DNA of 64,000 nt, from contig OX597833.1 in the NCBI GenBank assembly GCA_951406725.2, forward strand, positions 2,294,001-2,358,000, in the 5' to 3' direction. The DNA is from Octopus vulgaris (taxonomy: Eukaryota). Under the pieces are notes generated by a model that saw only the letters and a list, made by a program, of their open reading frames with translations, made no database searches and was not told the origin of the DNA. Below, one piece after another: positions 14,706 through 27,130 of this stretch. The first letter of the stretch is position 1; the number at the start of each line of letters is the position of its first letter. Position numbers and translations under genes: made by a program.

Positions 14706-15715
14706 TGTTATAGTTGTCATCGTCATCGTCCTCCCCTCCTCCTCCTCTTCCTCCTCCTCATCGTCGTCGTCATCGTCATCATTTTTACACGTAAAACAAC
14801 ACACTTTGCCATCACGAGGAAGACACGTAACTACGGTCCTCACCACCACCTCCTTCACCTCCACCGTTTCTATCACTATTTGGGCCGACTCGAATCGATG
14901 AAGGAGGTTTCAATATAGTTTGCACGAACAGCTAAAAACAGCAGTCATATCTCCCTCAACTTATAACTCGCGCTCTACCGTTCAAAGTCAATGGTAACAA
15001 CGAAAATTCTGATGGGATGGTCACACTGGCTTCGTTCTTTAACATATATATGTATCGTCAAGTCCATCATAAGTTTCAACGACATCATTTTCAAGGAGTA
15101 GCTTCGAGGACGGAAAAGCTATGGAGTGAGGATCCTGTCCATGTCGACCTTTTAAGATTGCTAATTGCTAAGGCCACTGTGGGCAGTCAGACCTGGAAGC
15201 CGCGTCTGCAAAGGAAACAAGCTTTTTCTTCTTCTAAGTACAGCGTTGGAGGGTTTCGGTTCTTCTTAAACTCCATTTGTTTCAGATATTGCCTTAAGTA
15301 TTATGAAATAATGTCATTCCAAGCATAAGACTAACATTAAACTCGAAATGGTCACGCATGGAATATTCTTTTACATATATTTGCATAATTCTAATTCGAC
15401 CAAAGTTTTACTAACATCATTGCGAGGTCTTGGTTTCACAAACGCGAATATTGAAGGAGAGATGGTATAGTCCTCGTCGACTTTAGAATCAATTGTTGAT
15501 GATAATGTCTCACAGGGTAGCTAGACACAGAGGTGGGTTCTACAAGAGGAAATATGTCCTTGGTTCAAGAATTTTGTCATGATGATTTTCGGTTCATCCT
15601 GAACACCCTCTTCGCTCAAAGACAACCTTGAAAGATCCTAATATTAGTTGCAGCTTTAAAAATAAAGCTCATAGTACATTCGGGATGGTCACATTTAGGA
15701 ACGTTTTTATTATAG

Positions 15716-15758
<43 letters not shown>

Positions 15759-15761
<3 letters not shown>

Positions 15762-15930
15762 CGCAGGAGTGGGTGTGTGGTAAGTAGCTTGTTTATCAAT
15801 CACATGGTTCCGGGTTCAGTCCCACTGCGTGGCACCTTGGGCAAGTGTCTTCTACTATAGCCTCGGGCCGACCAAAGCCTTGTGAGTGGATTTGATAGAC
15901 GGAAACTGAAAGAAGCATGTCGTATATATG

Positions 15931-15982
<52 letters not shown>

Positions 15983-16203
15983 TGTGTGTGTTTGTGTGTC
16001 TGTGTTTGTCCCCCTTGCATTGCTTGATAACCGATGCTGGTGTGTTTATGTCCCCGTTACTTAGCGGTTCGGCAAAAGAGACCGATAGAATAAGTACTGG
16101 GCTTACAAAAGAATAAGTCTCGGGGTCGAGTTGCTCGATTAAAAAGGCGGTGCTCCAGCATGGCCGCAGTCAAATGACTGAAACAAGTAAAAGAGTAAAA
16201 GAG
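15759..16203 (+). mobile_element. Full-length SINE family B
   Basis: Highly similar to 9259-9696 along its full length. Confidence 0.88.
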
Positions 16204-16287
16204 TATATATACATGAGAGTATTGTAGTTTGCTTGAAGCATTGTGTATCGTTTGGAAAGAATAAAAAGATTTGAATGGTACAACAAT

Positions 16288-16319
<32 letters not shown>

Positions 16320-16321
16320 GC

Positions 16322-16520
16322 AGTCGCCATGATAGATCGTTAGCCACTAAACCTTTTTCTATTTCATCCCTCTGTTTATTTCTGTGTTCCTTTCTGTCGA
16401 AGAGCGTAGGCTCGAAACATAAAAGAGTTTCTCACTTCCCAAGCCTTAAACTAATAAATCTGTTTGTTGTTTACGCACTCGTCTTTGTCTTTTGTTTTTT
16501 TCGTAAATTCTCACTATATA
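16322..16520 (+). mobile_element. Penelope-like terminal-repeat remnant with a minimal hammerhead-like motif
   Basis: CTTT-CTGTCGA-A-GAGCgtagGCTC-GAAAC-ATA-AAAG at 16390-16425. Homologous copies on the minus strand at ~19093-19290 and ~33140-33320. TA-repeat flanks. Confidence 0.65.
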
Positions 16521-17063
16521 TGTATGTCTGCGTGTGTATATATATGTATGCGTGTGTGTATATATATATGTATGTATGTCTGCGTGTGTTTATGTATATA
16601 TATATATGTCTGTGTGCGTGTATATATATATGTATGTATATGTATATTTATAAACGTGTGGCGTGCAAGTATGTAAACAAGTATATACATACATATGTAC
16701 ATGCATACATACATACATATATGTAGCATGTATGTATGTCTCTATACATGCATATAGATATAGCTAAATATATATTTATACGTATGTGTGAGAGAATGTA
16801 TGCGTGTGTGTGTGTAGAGAGAGAGAGAGAGGAAGAGAAAGAGAGGGAGAGAGAGAGAGTAAAGACAGTAAGATAGGTAGATATAGAGACATAGATATAC
16901 GATTAGGCTCTGTAGGCTTTGCCACAGTTTCTGCCCCTCAGAAACCATTGTGACTGGCCGGGCAATGGAACTGAACCAGAAACCTCATTCTTATGAACTG
17001 AACACCTTAACCACTGCGCTACACGAAGACACAGAATACAAATACTAGCAAATGCTCTCTCTC

Positions 17064-17105
<42 letters not shown>

Positions 17106-17324
17106 GCACACACTCACACACACACACAACACACATTCCTATCAGCATCATTCCAGCGCATGCGCACAATTCTCGCCGACTATCAGAAAAATAATTATTT
17201 ACATTGAATAATGTAATTACCAACTGTAATAAGTTGGTTTGTTTGCAATTAGTGGGTCATTATTAACTGATAATTACCACGAATAAACGAAATAAACATT
17301 ACATAACGATATGAAAGCACTTCG

Positions 17325-17395
<71 letters not shown>

Positions 17396-17598
17396 CACAT
17401 ACACACACACAGAGAAAAACATACACGTAGACACACACCTACACACACACACAGACCTGTGAGTGTCTGTGCGCGTGCAATTATAAATATATAAATTTTC
17501 ATAGATATATGAACGAGATATATACAAACATATGTCCACACATATACATGCATATACTTATATGTGTGTGTGTGTGTGTATGTCTGTATCTTTATATA

Positions 17599-17677
<79 letters not shown>

Positions 17678-17678
17678 T

Positions 17679-17726
<48 letters not shown>

Positions 17727-18039
17727 TGATATAGACAATACACACACACACACACACACACACGTACACACACGCAGATACACACACACACACACACACA
17801 CATGTTTGAAACAAAACAATGCAAAAATGCTTTCGCTCCGTTTTAGTCGATTCAGTCGCCGGTGTATACGTATCATGATAAATATCAAATAACACCGTTT
17901 ATTTTCAATAAAACAATAAAACGATTCGTCGCTTCTAATTCAGTTTGCAGTCGACATTTTCTATTTAATTTTCCTCATAACACCATCAACAGTTTCTTAT
18001 ATATATCAACACAAACGCACACACACATTACACTCATTC

Positions 18040-18100
18040 GTATGTATGTATGTATGTATGTAAGTATGTATGTATGTATGTATGTATGTATGTATGTATG

Positions 18101-18131
<31 letters not shown>

Positions 18132-18155
18132 GTATGTATGTATGTATGTACGTAC

Positions 18156-18186
<31 letters not shown>

Positions 18187-18531
18187 TGTATGTATGTATG
18201 TATGTATGTATGCATGTATGTATGTATGTATGTATGTACGTATGTATGTATGCATGTATGTATGTATGTATGTATGTATGTACATATGTATATATGTATG
18301 TACGTACATATGTATGTATGTATGCATGTACATATGTATATATGTATGTATGTACGTACATATGTATGTATGTATGCATGTATGTACGTACATATGTATG
18401 TATGTATGTATGTATGTACGTACATATGTATGTATGTATGTATGTACATATGTATGTATGTATGTACATATGTATGTATATATGTATGTATGTATGTATG
18501 TACATATGTATGTATGTATGTATGTATGTAC

Positions 18532-18562
<31 letters not shown>

Positions 18563-18590
18563 TGTATGTATGTATGTACGTATGTATGTG
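18040..18590. repeat. (TATG)n array
   Basis: Direct observation. Confidence 0.95.
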
Positions 18591-18899
18591 TTCAACCGCC
18601 AATAATTTGCTAAGTCTTTAATCTTCAGGTTACCATGTCTGCTATTATACGCACGTATGGCTGAAAAACAGATTTAACACCTTGTCCGGAAACTGTTTAA
18701 AGGTGATACATGTTTAGTAGCTACGCAGCTGGATGTAGATTTTGGACGTCAGTTCGATATTGATAATTGATCAGTTATGTTTGGTGGTGATTTTATGTTT
18801 ATGGGTTTTGTATAGATGTTCACGAACATATTTACTTTGATCTTAAAGAGACTGCGTAATAACAGAATTGAATCTATAACAACCAAATATTCATATTCA

Positions 18900-18993
18900 T
18901 GGGTGGTTAGATGCTTGTTTCCCAACGACATGGTTCTAGCCTGAGTCCCACTACGTGGCACCTTCGGCAAGTGTGTTCTACTATAGCCACGGG

Positions 18994-19064
<71 letters not shown>

Positions 19065-19558
19065 CAGAAATGTCGAACGATAAAAACGCCTTATAGTTGA
19101 AATTTACAGAAAAACAAAAAACGAAGACAGGTGTATAAACAACAAGCAAGTGTAATAGTTTGACGATCAGGAAGTGGAGAAAATCTTTTATGTTTCGAGC
19201 CTACGCTCTTCACCAGAAAGGAACACGAGGAAATAAACAGAGAGAATAATAATAAAAGAACTTGTGTGTTTAGTCGTCAATCATGGCGACTGGCTGGAAA
19301 AAGATAGCTGGACAGGAAATCTAGGAAGAAGGGGAGATAATAATGTACTGGTGATCCCAAGACGAAGGTACGCGTGAGTGTGCGTATGTGAGAGTGTGTA
19401 AGTGTATGCCTGGGGATAGGCGCTGGTGACTTTGACGTGTGGATGTGTGCGTGTGTGTGTATGTGCGTCTGTAATGTGTGCGTGTGTGGATGATGGTGTG
19501 AGTGCAGGGAAGTGGTCAGTGCTAGTGTGTGCGGAGTGGTGTGGTGTGGTGGTGTAAG

Positions 19559-19591
<33 letters not shown>

Positions 19592-19826
19592 GAGTATATT
19601 TATGTGTGTGTGTCTCTGTGTCTGTGTTTCTCCCTCCACCACCTTCTCTCGATAACCAGTGTTGGTGTGTCTACATCCCTGTGACATAGCTCTTCGTAAA
19701 AATACTCGATAAATTAAGTTCCAGGCTTTAAAAAATGAGTCCTGGGATCGATTCATTCGACTAAATTTCCTGAAGGTGGTGCCCCAGCATGGCCGCAATC
19801 TAATTACTGAAACAAGTAAAAGAAAA
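18900..19826 (+). mobile_element. SINE family B split in two (head 18900-18995, tail 19610-19826) by a nested Penelope-like remnant and microsatellites
   Basis: Head and tail are collinear with the family B consensus, and the intervening DNA holds the PLE-like copy. Confidence 0.6.
19093..19390 (-). mobile_element. Penelope-like remnant, same family as 16322-16520
   Basis: The reverse complement contains CTTTCTGGTGAAGAGCGTAGGCTCGAAACATAAAAG (19185-19220). Confidence 0.65.
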
Positions 19827-20174
19827 TAATGCATGCCTGCGCGTGTATGTATGTGTAAGCGTGTTTGTATGCGTCTATGTGTGTGTGTGTGTGTGTGTAT
19901 GAGTGTATATGTGCATGTGTGCGTATGTGTGCACGTGTGTGTGTGTGTGTATGTATGTGCATGTCTTTGTGTGTGTGCGAAATAATTCCACTCAAAATGT
20001 AATGGTCAATCAGAGGTCAGAGTCAAACGCACTTGACCGAACGTGTGATGTAACCTTGTGGAATGAACCTCTTGAACACGAACATACCTTCTTCTGTGTG
20101 CCTGGGTGTATGTGTGTATATGTGTGCGTGTGTGTATGTGTGTTTCTATGTGTATATTCTACGTGTGTGTGTGT

Positions 20175-20233
20175 ATTTCAATATATACATACACATATCC
20201 ATACGTGTACATAAATATCCCCCTTTCTCCCTC

Positions 20234-20264
<31 letters not shown>

Positions 20265-20425
20265 GTTACAATATATACATACATATATCCATACGTGTAC
20301 ATAAATATCTACCTCTCTCAATCTTTCTCTCTCTCTTTCTCTCTCTCTCTTTGTATTACAATATATACATGCACATATACATACGTACATAAATTTCTGA
20401 TTCTCTATTTCTCTCTCTCTCTGTC
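20175..20425. repeat. Three tandem ~90 bp units, each with an embedded (CT)n
   Basis: CAATATATACAT.CA.ATAT.CATACGT..ACATAAAT recurs three times, each followed by (CT)n. Confidence 0.85.
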
Positions 20426-21089
20426 TCCCTGTGTGCGTGTGTGTTCGTGTGTGTGTGTGGGCGCGCGAAATAGAAATCTGTAAGCCATCAAAAGTGACAC
20501 CACTTCCGAAATCTATTTCAACCAAAAGAAGCACCCTTTCATTGGTTCCTTTATCAATTCTAGCGCATTATGAATGACTCGTTCTCATAAACAAAAACAA
20601 CAACACAAACAAAACTATAAAACAAAATAAAACTAAAGAGCAAAATGTCTTCCCAAATAGAGGAGCGGAAGATTACAGACACTCACTTCGTTCATAAGAT
20701 ACTTAACTATCAAAATATGCCAACCTTCTTTATTATTGAAAACAGACACCGCTGCTGCGGAGGAACAGATGAACAGATTGGTGTTTTGTGCGTAAAAGAT
20801 GGCGCATTGTAGGTGTTGTTACGTTCGGGGAGAAATTTTGCGTTCGTGTTAAGGCAATTCTGATAAAAAGGGTTTTCGGTATTTGAACATTGCATTTATT
20901 TAAATTCTTTCCTGTGCGTAGGAGTACGCTGTCGTGTGTGTGTGTGTGTGTAGAAAGAGAGAGAGAGGCAGACAGACAGCTAGCTGGATAGAGACAGATA
21001 GATAGATTGACTTATGTTGCATTACCTATACAAATATATGTATTTATGCGTATATGTACGTATATATATATACATATATATATATTTCT

Positions 21090-21302
21090 TAATTTGCCCG
21101 CAGGGGGTTTAACACAGAGGGGACAAAAAAGGGATTAAGTCGCTTACATCGACCTCTGTGCGTAACTTGTACTTAATTTATCGACCCCGAAAGGAAGAAA
21201 GGCAAAGTAGACCTTGGCGGAATCTGAAGTCAGAAGGTAACGGCAAACGAAATACCGCTAAGCCTTTCGCCCAGCGTGCTCACGATTCTACCAGCTCACC
21301 TT
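21090..21302 (-). mobile_element. Nin-domain SINE (family A)
   Basis: GTACTTAATTTATCGACCCCGAAAGG.AGAAAGGCAAAGT.GACC is the reverse complement of the Nin motif. Confidence 0.85.
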
Positions 21303-21860
21303 TATATATATATATATATATGTATACATACAGATGTACATACATAAATACATACACGCGTGTGTGTGTGTATGCGCGCGTGTTTATACATGTCTGTCTG
21401 TGTATGCATATGTATTGTGGTCTGCTTCCTGCATATATGAGCAACTGTACCAAATGACACAGGCGTTATATTCCTCTTGAAGAAATGAAATCCTGGCGAA
21501 ACATGTTGTTTCATAGTTCGCCGTCGTCCATATTTTTCACAACACAAACTGTAAAGAACGAACATTTTCTGTGACACAAAATAACGAAGAGAATCGTTTC
21601 CACGTTCGTCATGGCGTTCCTCGCTGCTTCGTCTGCTTCTAATATATTTATTCTATTTTAGCGACCCTAAACACATTCTTTACTGTTATTTATATATAGA
21701 TTTAGGAGTCTCGAGCCAGCTACCAATGTTATTGCTGAGGAGGGGCAATCATCCCGAAGTACGGCTCTACGTATTTAGAGAAACATTAGTTTCCCCAATG
21801 CGCCTTCCACGTTGTAGCAAGGTGTGAAAAATAAATATTCACATCTTTATATAAATGTAA

Positions 21861-21962
<102 letters not shown>

Positions 21963-22113
21963 ACACACAATTCCACACATATGCACACGAACACACAAGT
22001 ATGTTTTTTTTGCTTTTATTTTATTTTTTATATTTTATCTAGTTTCTGCTCACGAGCTTTATTTTTATTAGTTTCAGCTCAAGAACTGTCGCCATGATGA
22101 GGCACCGCTGTTA

Positions 22114-22149
<36 letters not shown>

Positions 22150-22194
22150 TCGTACAGGCATACATAATTCAAATATGGATACATAAGTGGCACC

Positions 22195-22490
22195 CAAGTA
22201 AATTGTTGTTTGGTTGTAATTCTTGTAACTCAGGTTTTGTTAGAACTCTTGCAATCTTCATTGCGTAGCGTGCCTGCTACCTGCGGCCTACCGTACTATT
22301 TTATCAACCGTTCTCTTCAAATATCTAATGCTTTCCTGACGATTGGGACTGTGCCAAGGATGCATATCTTTTGCAACACCTCAACTGGTCACTCTGTTTC
22401 CATTGTCTATAAAATTACTCTTCATACCTTCTGGTACTATCACCAAGGCCCCCAAAATAATTGGGGCAATCTTCACATTTCTCATTTTTC
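22195..22490 (-). mobile_element. 3' fragment of another RLE (R4/Dong-like) LINE (family 3)
   Basis: The minus strand reads VKIAPIILGALVIVPEGM..VEVLQKICILGTVPIVRKALDI* (with frameshifts), followed by a 3' UTR. Confidence 0.65.
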
Positions 22491-22537
22491 TACATTTGAG
22501 CTTATTTTTGTTCTTTTTCTTCTTATATTATTATTCA

Positions 22538-22715
22538 GCGAGTTGGCACAGCGGGGCAATTTCTTTGCCGTATTTCATCTGCCGCTACGTTCTGAGTTCT
22601 AATTCCACCAAGGTCGACTTTGCCTTCCGTCAAATCCAGGTTGATACATTAATTACCAACAGAACCCTGGGGTCGATGTAATCGATACATTCCCCACCTC
22701 CCCTGGGACAAATAT
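22538..22715 (+). mobile_element. Decayed Nin-domain SINE (family A)
   Basis: GCGAGTTGGCA..GTTCTGAGTTCTAATTCC..AGGTCGACTTTGCCTT. Confidence 0.75.
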
Positions 22716-22749
22716 TTGAAACAATAGCAATAATTACACGAATTATTAA

Positions 22750-22751
22750 TA

Positions 22752-22815
<64 letters not shown>

Positions 22816-22895
22816 CATTATTATAATTATTATCATTATAATAATTATTATTATTATTGTTATTATTATTATTATCATCATCATTATTATTATTA

Positions 22896-22944
<49 letters not shown>

Positions 22945-23213
22945 CATTATTATTATTATTATTATTATCATTATTATTATCATTATTATTATTATTATTA
23001 TTATTATCATTATTATTATTATTATCATTATTATTATTATTATTATTACTATTATTATTATTGCTGTTATTATTATTATCATTATTATTATTATTATCAT
23101 TATTATTATTATTATTATCATTATTATTATCATTATTATTATTATCATTATTATTATTATCATTATTATTATTATTATTATTACTATTATTATTATTGCT
23201 GTTATTATTATTA

Positions 23214-23292
<79 letters not shown>

Positions 23293-23348
23293 CATTATTA
23301 TTATTATTATCATTATTATTATTATTATTATTACTATTATTATTATTA

Positions 23349-23441
<93 letters not shown>

Positions 23442-23540
23442 TATTATTACTATTATTACTATTATTATTATCATTATTATTATTATTATTATTACTATTA
23501 CTATTACTATTACTATTACTATTATTCTTCTTATTATTAT
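22750..23540. repeat. ~790 bp (TAT)n array with ATC/ACT variants and higher-order duplications
   Basis: Direct observation. ATTACTATTATTATTATTGCTGTTATT occurs twice (~23045 and ~23182). Confidence 0.95.
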
Positions 23541-23707
23541 TCAGCAGTCTTGTTTTCATTGCGTGCTTTCGCTGCATCATTCAGTGCATCGCCGTACGAC
23601 TGCGATATGATCCTGTGGATTGTTTTGTTGGTTATTTTTACTCTATAGAAAAAATGCTCTGCGTCAGAGATGTGCATTGCCTAACCGTGCTATATTCACT
23701 GTTATGA
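23541..23707 (-). mobile_element. Old 3' end of Dong-like family 1
   Basis: TTCAGCAGTCTTGTTTTCATTGCGTGCTTTC..TCTGCGTCAGAGATGTGCATTGCC aligns to 1161-1330 and abuts (TAA)n at the same 3' position. Confidence 0.65.
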
Positions 23708-23896
23708 AACACGACACTAGACGCACGCGCGCACGCACACACAGATATGTACACATACAGGGTGGAGAGAGGAGGGCCTTCGACATTTGTTAAACAAAAG
23801 AGGTTTTTTAATCTACAATTTACATGCTATTATTGATAGCATTATTTGTTTCGAGAATCACCGTTCCAAAGAAGTATATGTGTGTGAGTGAGAGAA

Positions 23897-23946
<50 letters not shown>

Positions 23947-24091
23947 TGTGTGTATGTGTGTGTGTGTGTGTACACAAAAATATACAAATATACTTGTACA
24001 TCACAGAAATCTGATGAATCCTTTACATAGACGGATCAATAGGTAGATAGTTAAATACATACCCTAATTTCCCCTTCTTCTTCTTCTTATG

Positions 24092-24147
<56 letters not shown>

Positions 24148-24148
<1 letters not shown>

Positions 24149-24546
24149 CTTTTACTCTTTACTCTTTTACTTGTTTCAGTCATTTGACTGTAACCATGCT
24201 GGAGCACCGCCTTTTAATCGACAACTCGACCCCGGGACTTATTCTTTTGTAAGCCCAGTACTTATTCTATCGGTCACTTTTTGCCGAACCGCTAATTAAC
24301 GGGGATATAAACACACCAGCATCGGTTGTCAATCAATGCTAGGGGACAAACACAGACACACAAACACACACACGCATATATTCGACGGGCTTCTTTCAGT
24401 TTCCGTCTACCAAATCCACTCACAAGGCTTTGGTCGGTCCGAGGCTATAGTAGAAGACACTCGCCCAGGGTGCCACGCAGTGGAACTGAACCCGGAACCA
24501 TGTGGTTGGTAGACAAGCTACTTACCACACAGCCACTTCTGCGCCT
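24148..24546 (-). mobile_element. Full-length SINE family B inserted in a (TAT)n tract
   Basis: Reverse complement of 9259-9696, with TAT repeats on both sides. Confidence 0.88.
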
Positions 24547-24579
24547 ATTATTATTATTATTATTATTACCATATATCTA

Positions 24580-24848
24580 TATACCAGAGTAAGCACATAA
24601 ATATGAAACAAGGTACGAAGAAACTGTACTCGAATACCAGAGGTAGAATAATATACTTTATTAATAAACTTGCGAAGGCATAAAACCAAACTGCTTCTCA
24701 GAGATTCCCGTTCCTTTTCTTTGGATAGTTTTCAGCGATAATCAATCGTTCTCAATCAAAACTGTCCATCGAACGGTAATGTAAAATTCCGAGTAGCACT
24801 ATTTTGTGGTACATTTTTGTGAAGATTTTGCACCTTTAATAATTAAGT
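24580..24848. mobile_element. Palindromic remnant, probably inverted Penelope-like termini with decayed hammerhead motifs
   Basis: Arms at ~24655-24732 and ~24758-24845 are imperfect reverse complements. Their merged consensus ctgt-ccaNNga-acg ggaa cgt-gaaac-tctga-gta-gcag has hammerhead topology. Confidence 0.45.
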
Positions 24849-24869
24849 ATATATATATATATACTTGTC

Positions 24870-25128
24870 ATGAATAATAGGAGTGTCATTGAATAGTGAG
24901 AGAAATTAGTTTTCGCATTTATTATATTAGATGTATAGCAACTGTCTTCGAAGATTATCGTTAATTGCTCGAAATGACGAGTAGATAGACAACCGACAAC
25001 TGATGAAGGGTCGTTCTTTGTGTTATTTGTCCTGCTTTCAAATTTTTTTCTCTCTCGTTGTTTGCGTATTTCACTCGCTTGTTTTCATATTTCATGTTGG
25101 TCACAGTTGGTGACGTCCTGTACCCATA
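24870..25128 (+). mobile_element. Penelope-like remnant with a decayed hammerhead-like motif
   Basis: CTGTC-TTCGAAGA-..-GAAAT-GACGA-GTA-GATAG, in which stem I CTGTC/GATAG can pair. Followed by a T-rich tail and bounded by (TA)n. Confidence 0.4.
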
Positions 25129-25151
25129 TATGTATATATGTATGTATATAT

Positions 25152-25234
<83 letters not shown>

Positions 25235-25308
25235 CCACACATTATCGTTTTGTTTACCATTTTGGCAGTCATCGAAATTTTTGTTTGTCTTGTTGTCGAG
25301 AGAGGCTC

Positions 25309-25402
25309 CCTTTCTTTCCTGATGAGAAGATTGCATAATGCACCCTTTACTCCTTTGGAATGTAAAAAATGTTGTCTTCGAAACATATGTCGAGAGTAAA
25401 GG
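25309..25402 (+). ncRNA. Type I hammerhead ribozyme with intact core, GUC cleavage triplet and predicted loop II pseudoknot
   Basis: Stem I CTTTC (25314-18) pairs with GAGAG (25392-96). Core CTGATGA is at 25319-25. Stem II GAAGA (25326-30) pairs with TCTTC (25375-79) and extends to ~11 bp. GAAA is at 25380-83, stem III is the palindrome ACATATGT, and GTC is at 25389-91. Loop II CCTTTACTC (25344-52) is the exact complement of GAGTAAAGG (25394-25402). Confidence 0.8.
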
Positions 25403-25596
25403 AATTTTGTTATCATCTTCGTTCGACTCCATTCTGTCATTTATTCATATACAACACACAAATTTCTGCACATGAACCCGGAATTTCTACTCTTGGACAG
25501 GTCGCTTCAACCGTGTTTCTGACGTGAATTTGCTACCCAGGTTTCGGTTAAACGAATTTTCCATGCTGACGATAAACATAGGATAATTCATTCACC

Positions 25597-25628
<32 letters not shown>

Positions 25629-25643
25629 GATATATATACACAC

Positions 25644-25700
<57 letters not shown>

Positions 25701-25874
25701 TATGTCTGTTTTTATATATATATACATATATATGTCTGTTTTTATATATATACATACATACATATATATATATATACATATATATGTATGTATGTATTTA
25801 TATATATATATACATACATGTATATATATTCATACATATATATATATTTCTTTGTGTGTGTATGTATGTATGTA

Positions 25875-25964
<90 letters not shown>

Positions 25965-26084
25965 TGTATAGCCCCCAGTTGATGTTGTTTATGTTAAAAT
26001 CTGTCTCAACTCTTCACTCTGATAAGTTGGTTTCTTCAATCTGTTCCCGTCTACACTTTCGTTTCAGCTACGTACTTTTTTGGC

Positions 26085-26407
26085 AGCGGTGGAGGGGCTG
26101 ACGGTGTTGTTGATGTTATTGTTGTTATTGTTGTTGTTGCTATTGGTGCTGGTGTCAATGGCGGTGGTCGTGGTGGTCACCGTCGTGTTTGTCGTGCTAT
26201 TCCTGATAGCCAGTGTGGTGGGGGGCGGTCGTGGTATTTGTGGCAATGATGGTGGTGGGCGGTGGCGGTGGTGATAGTGGCGGTGGGGATGGTGGTGATG
26301 GTGGTGGTGGTGGTGCTAGTGCCGGTGGTGATGGAGCTTCTGGAAATAATGTGAGGTTGTCAAAAATAGTGTTAGCGAAGGTGTTGAAATCGATGTTGCT
26401 GCTGTTG

Positions 26408-26439
<32 letters not shown>

Positions 26440-27130
26440 GGTGGTAGTCGTCTTAGTGGTCTTTGTAAGAGTTGTTTTGGTGCCAGTGATGCTGCTACGA
26501 CACGTAAAGGCTGTGGCGATTATGGCGATTACGTTGGTGAAAGTGGCGATGGCGGTAGTTGCTGTGATATTTGTTGTCGTGGCTGTAGTTGTGGCGGTGG
26601 TGTTGTTGTAAATGGTAATGGTGGTGGTGGTGGTGTATTAGTTGTGGTCGTCATTATGTTTGTTATAGTGGTGGTGGTGATGATTGTAGTGGTGGATGTG
26701 GTGGTTATGGTGTTGATGATTGTGGCGGTGGTGTTGTTTTGGTAATGGTAATGGTAGTGGGGGTGGTCATGGTAGTGGTGGTGGTGGTGGTCGTGGTAAT
26801 GGTAGTGGTGGTCGTGGTAATGGTAGTGGTGGTGGTGGATTGGTTGCGGTTGTCCTTATGTTGGTTATAGTGGTGGTGATGATGATGACGGTGGTGGTTG
26901 TGGTGATTGTAGTGGTTGAGGTGCTAGTTGTGGTGTTGATTGATGGTTGTGGCGGTGGTGTTTGCGCTGATCGTTGTTACAGTGATGGTGGTTGCTGCGA
27001 TACTCTTGTGGTAATGGTGGTGGTGGTGATAACTAGTAGTAGTGGTGGTGGTAGTACTAGTAGTGGTGACGAAGGTTGTGGTGGTGGTGGTAGCTGTTTT
27101 GAGAGCTACGATGTTGGTATTGGTCCTAAT
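26085..27130. repeat. Degenerate (GGT)n/(GTT)n low-complexity tract
   Basis: Direct observation. The Gly reading frame is interrupted by stops and frame changes. Confidence 0.85.

Noticed and set aside
23755-23875. TACAGGGTG start resembling a Tc1/mariner TIR (a similar hint occurs near 28555)
   Set aside because: No partner inverted repeat or transposase remnant was found.
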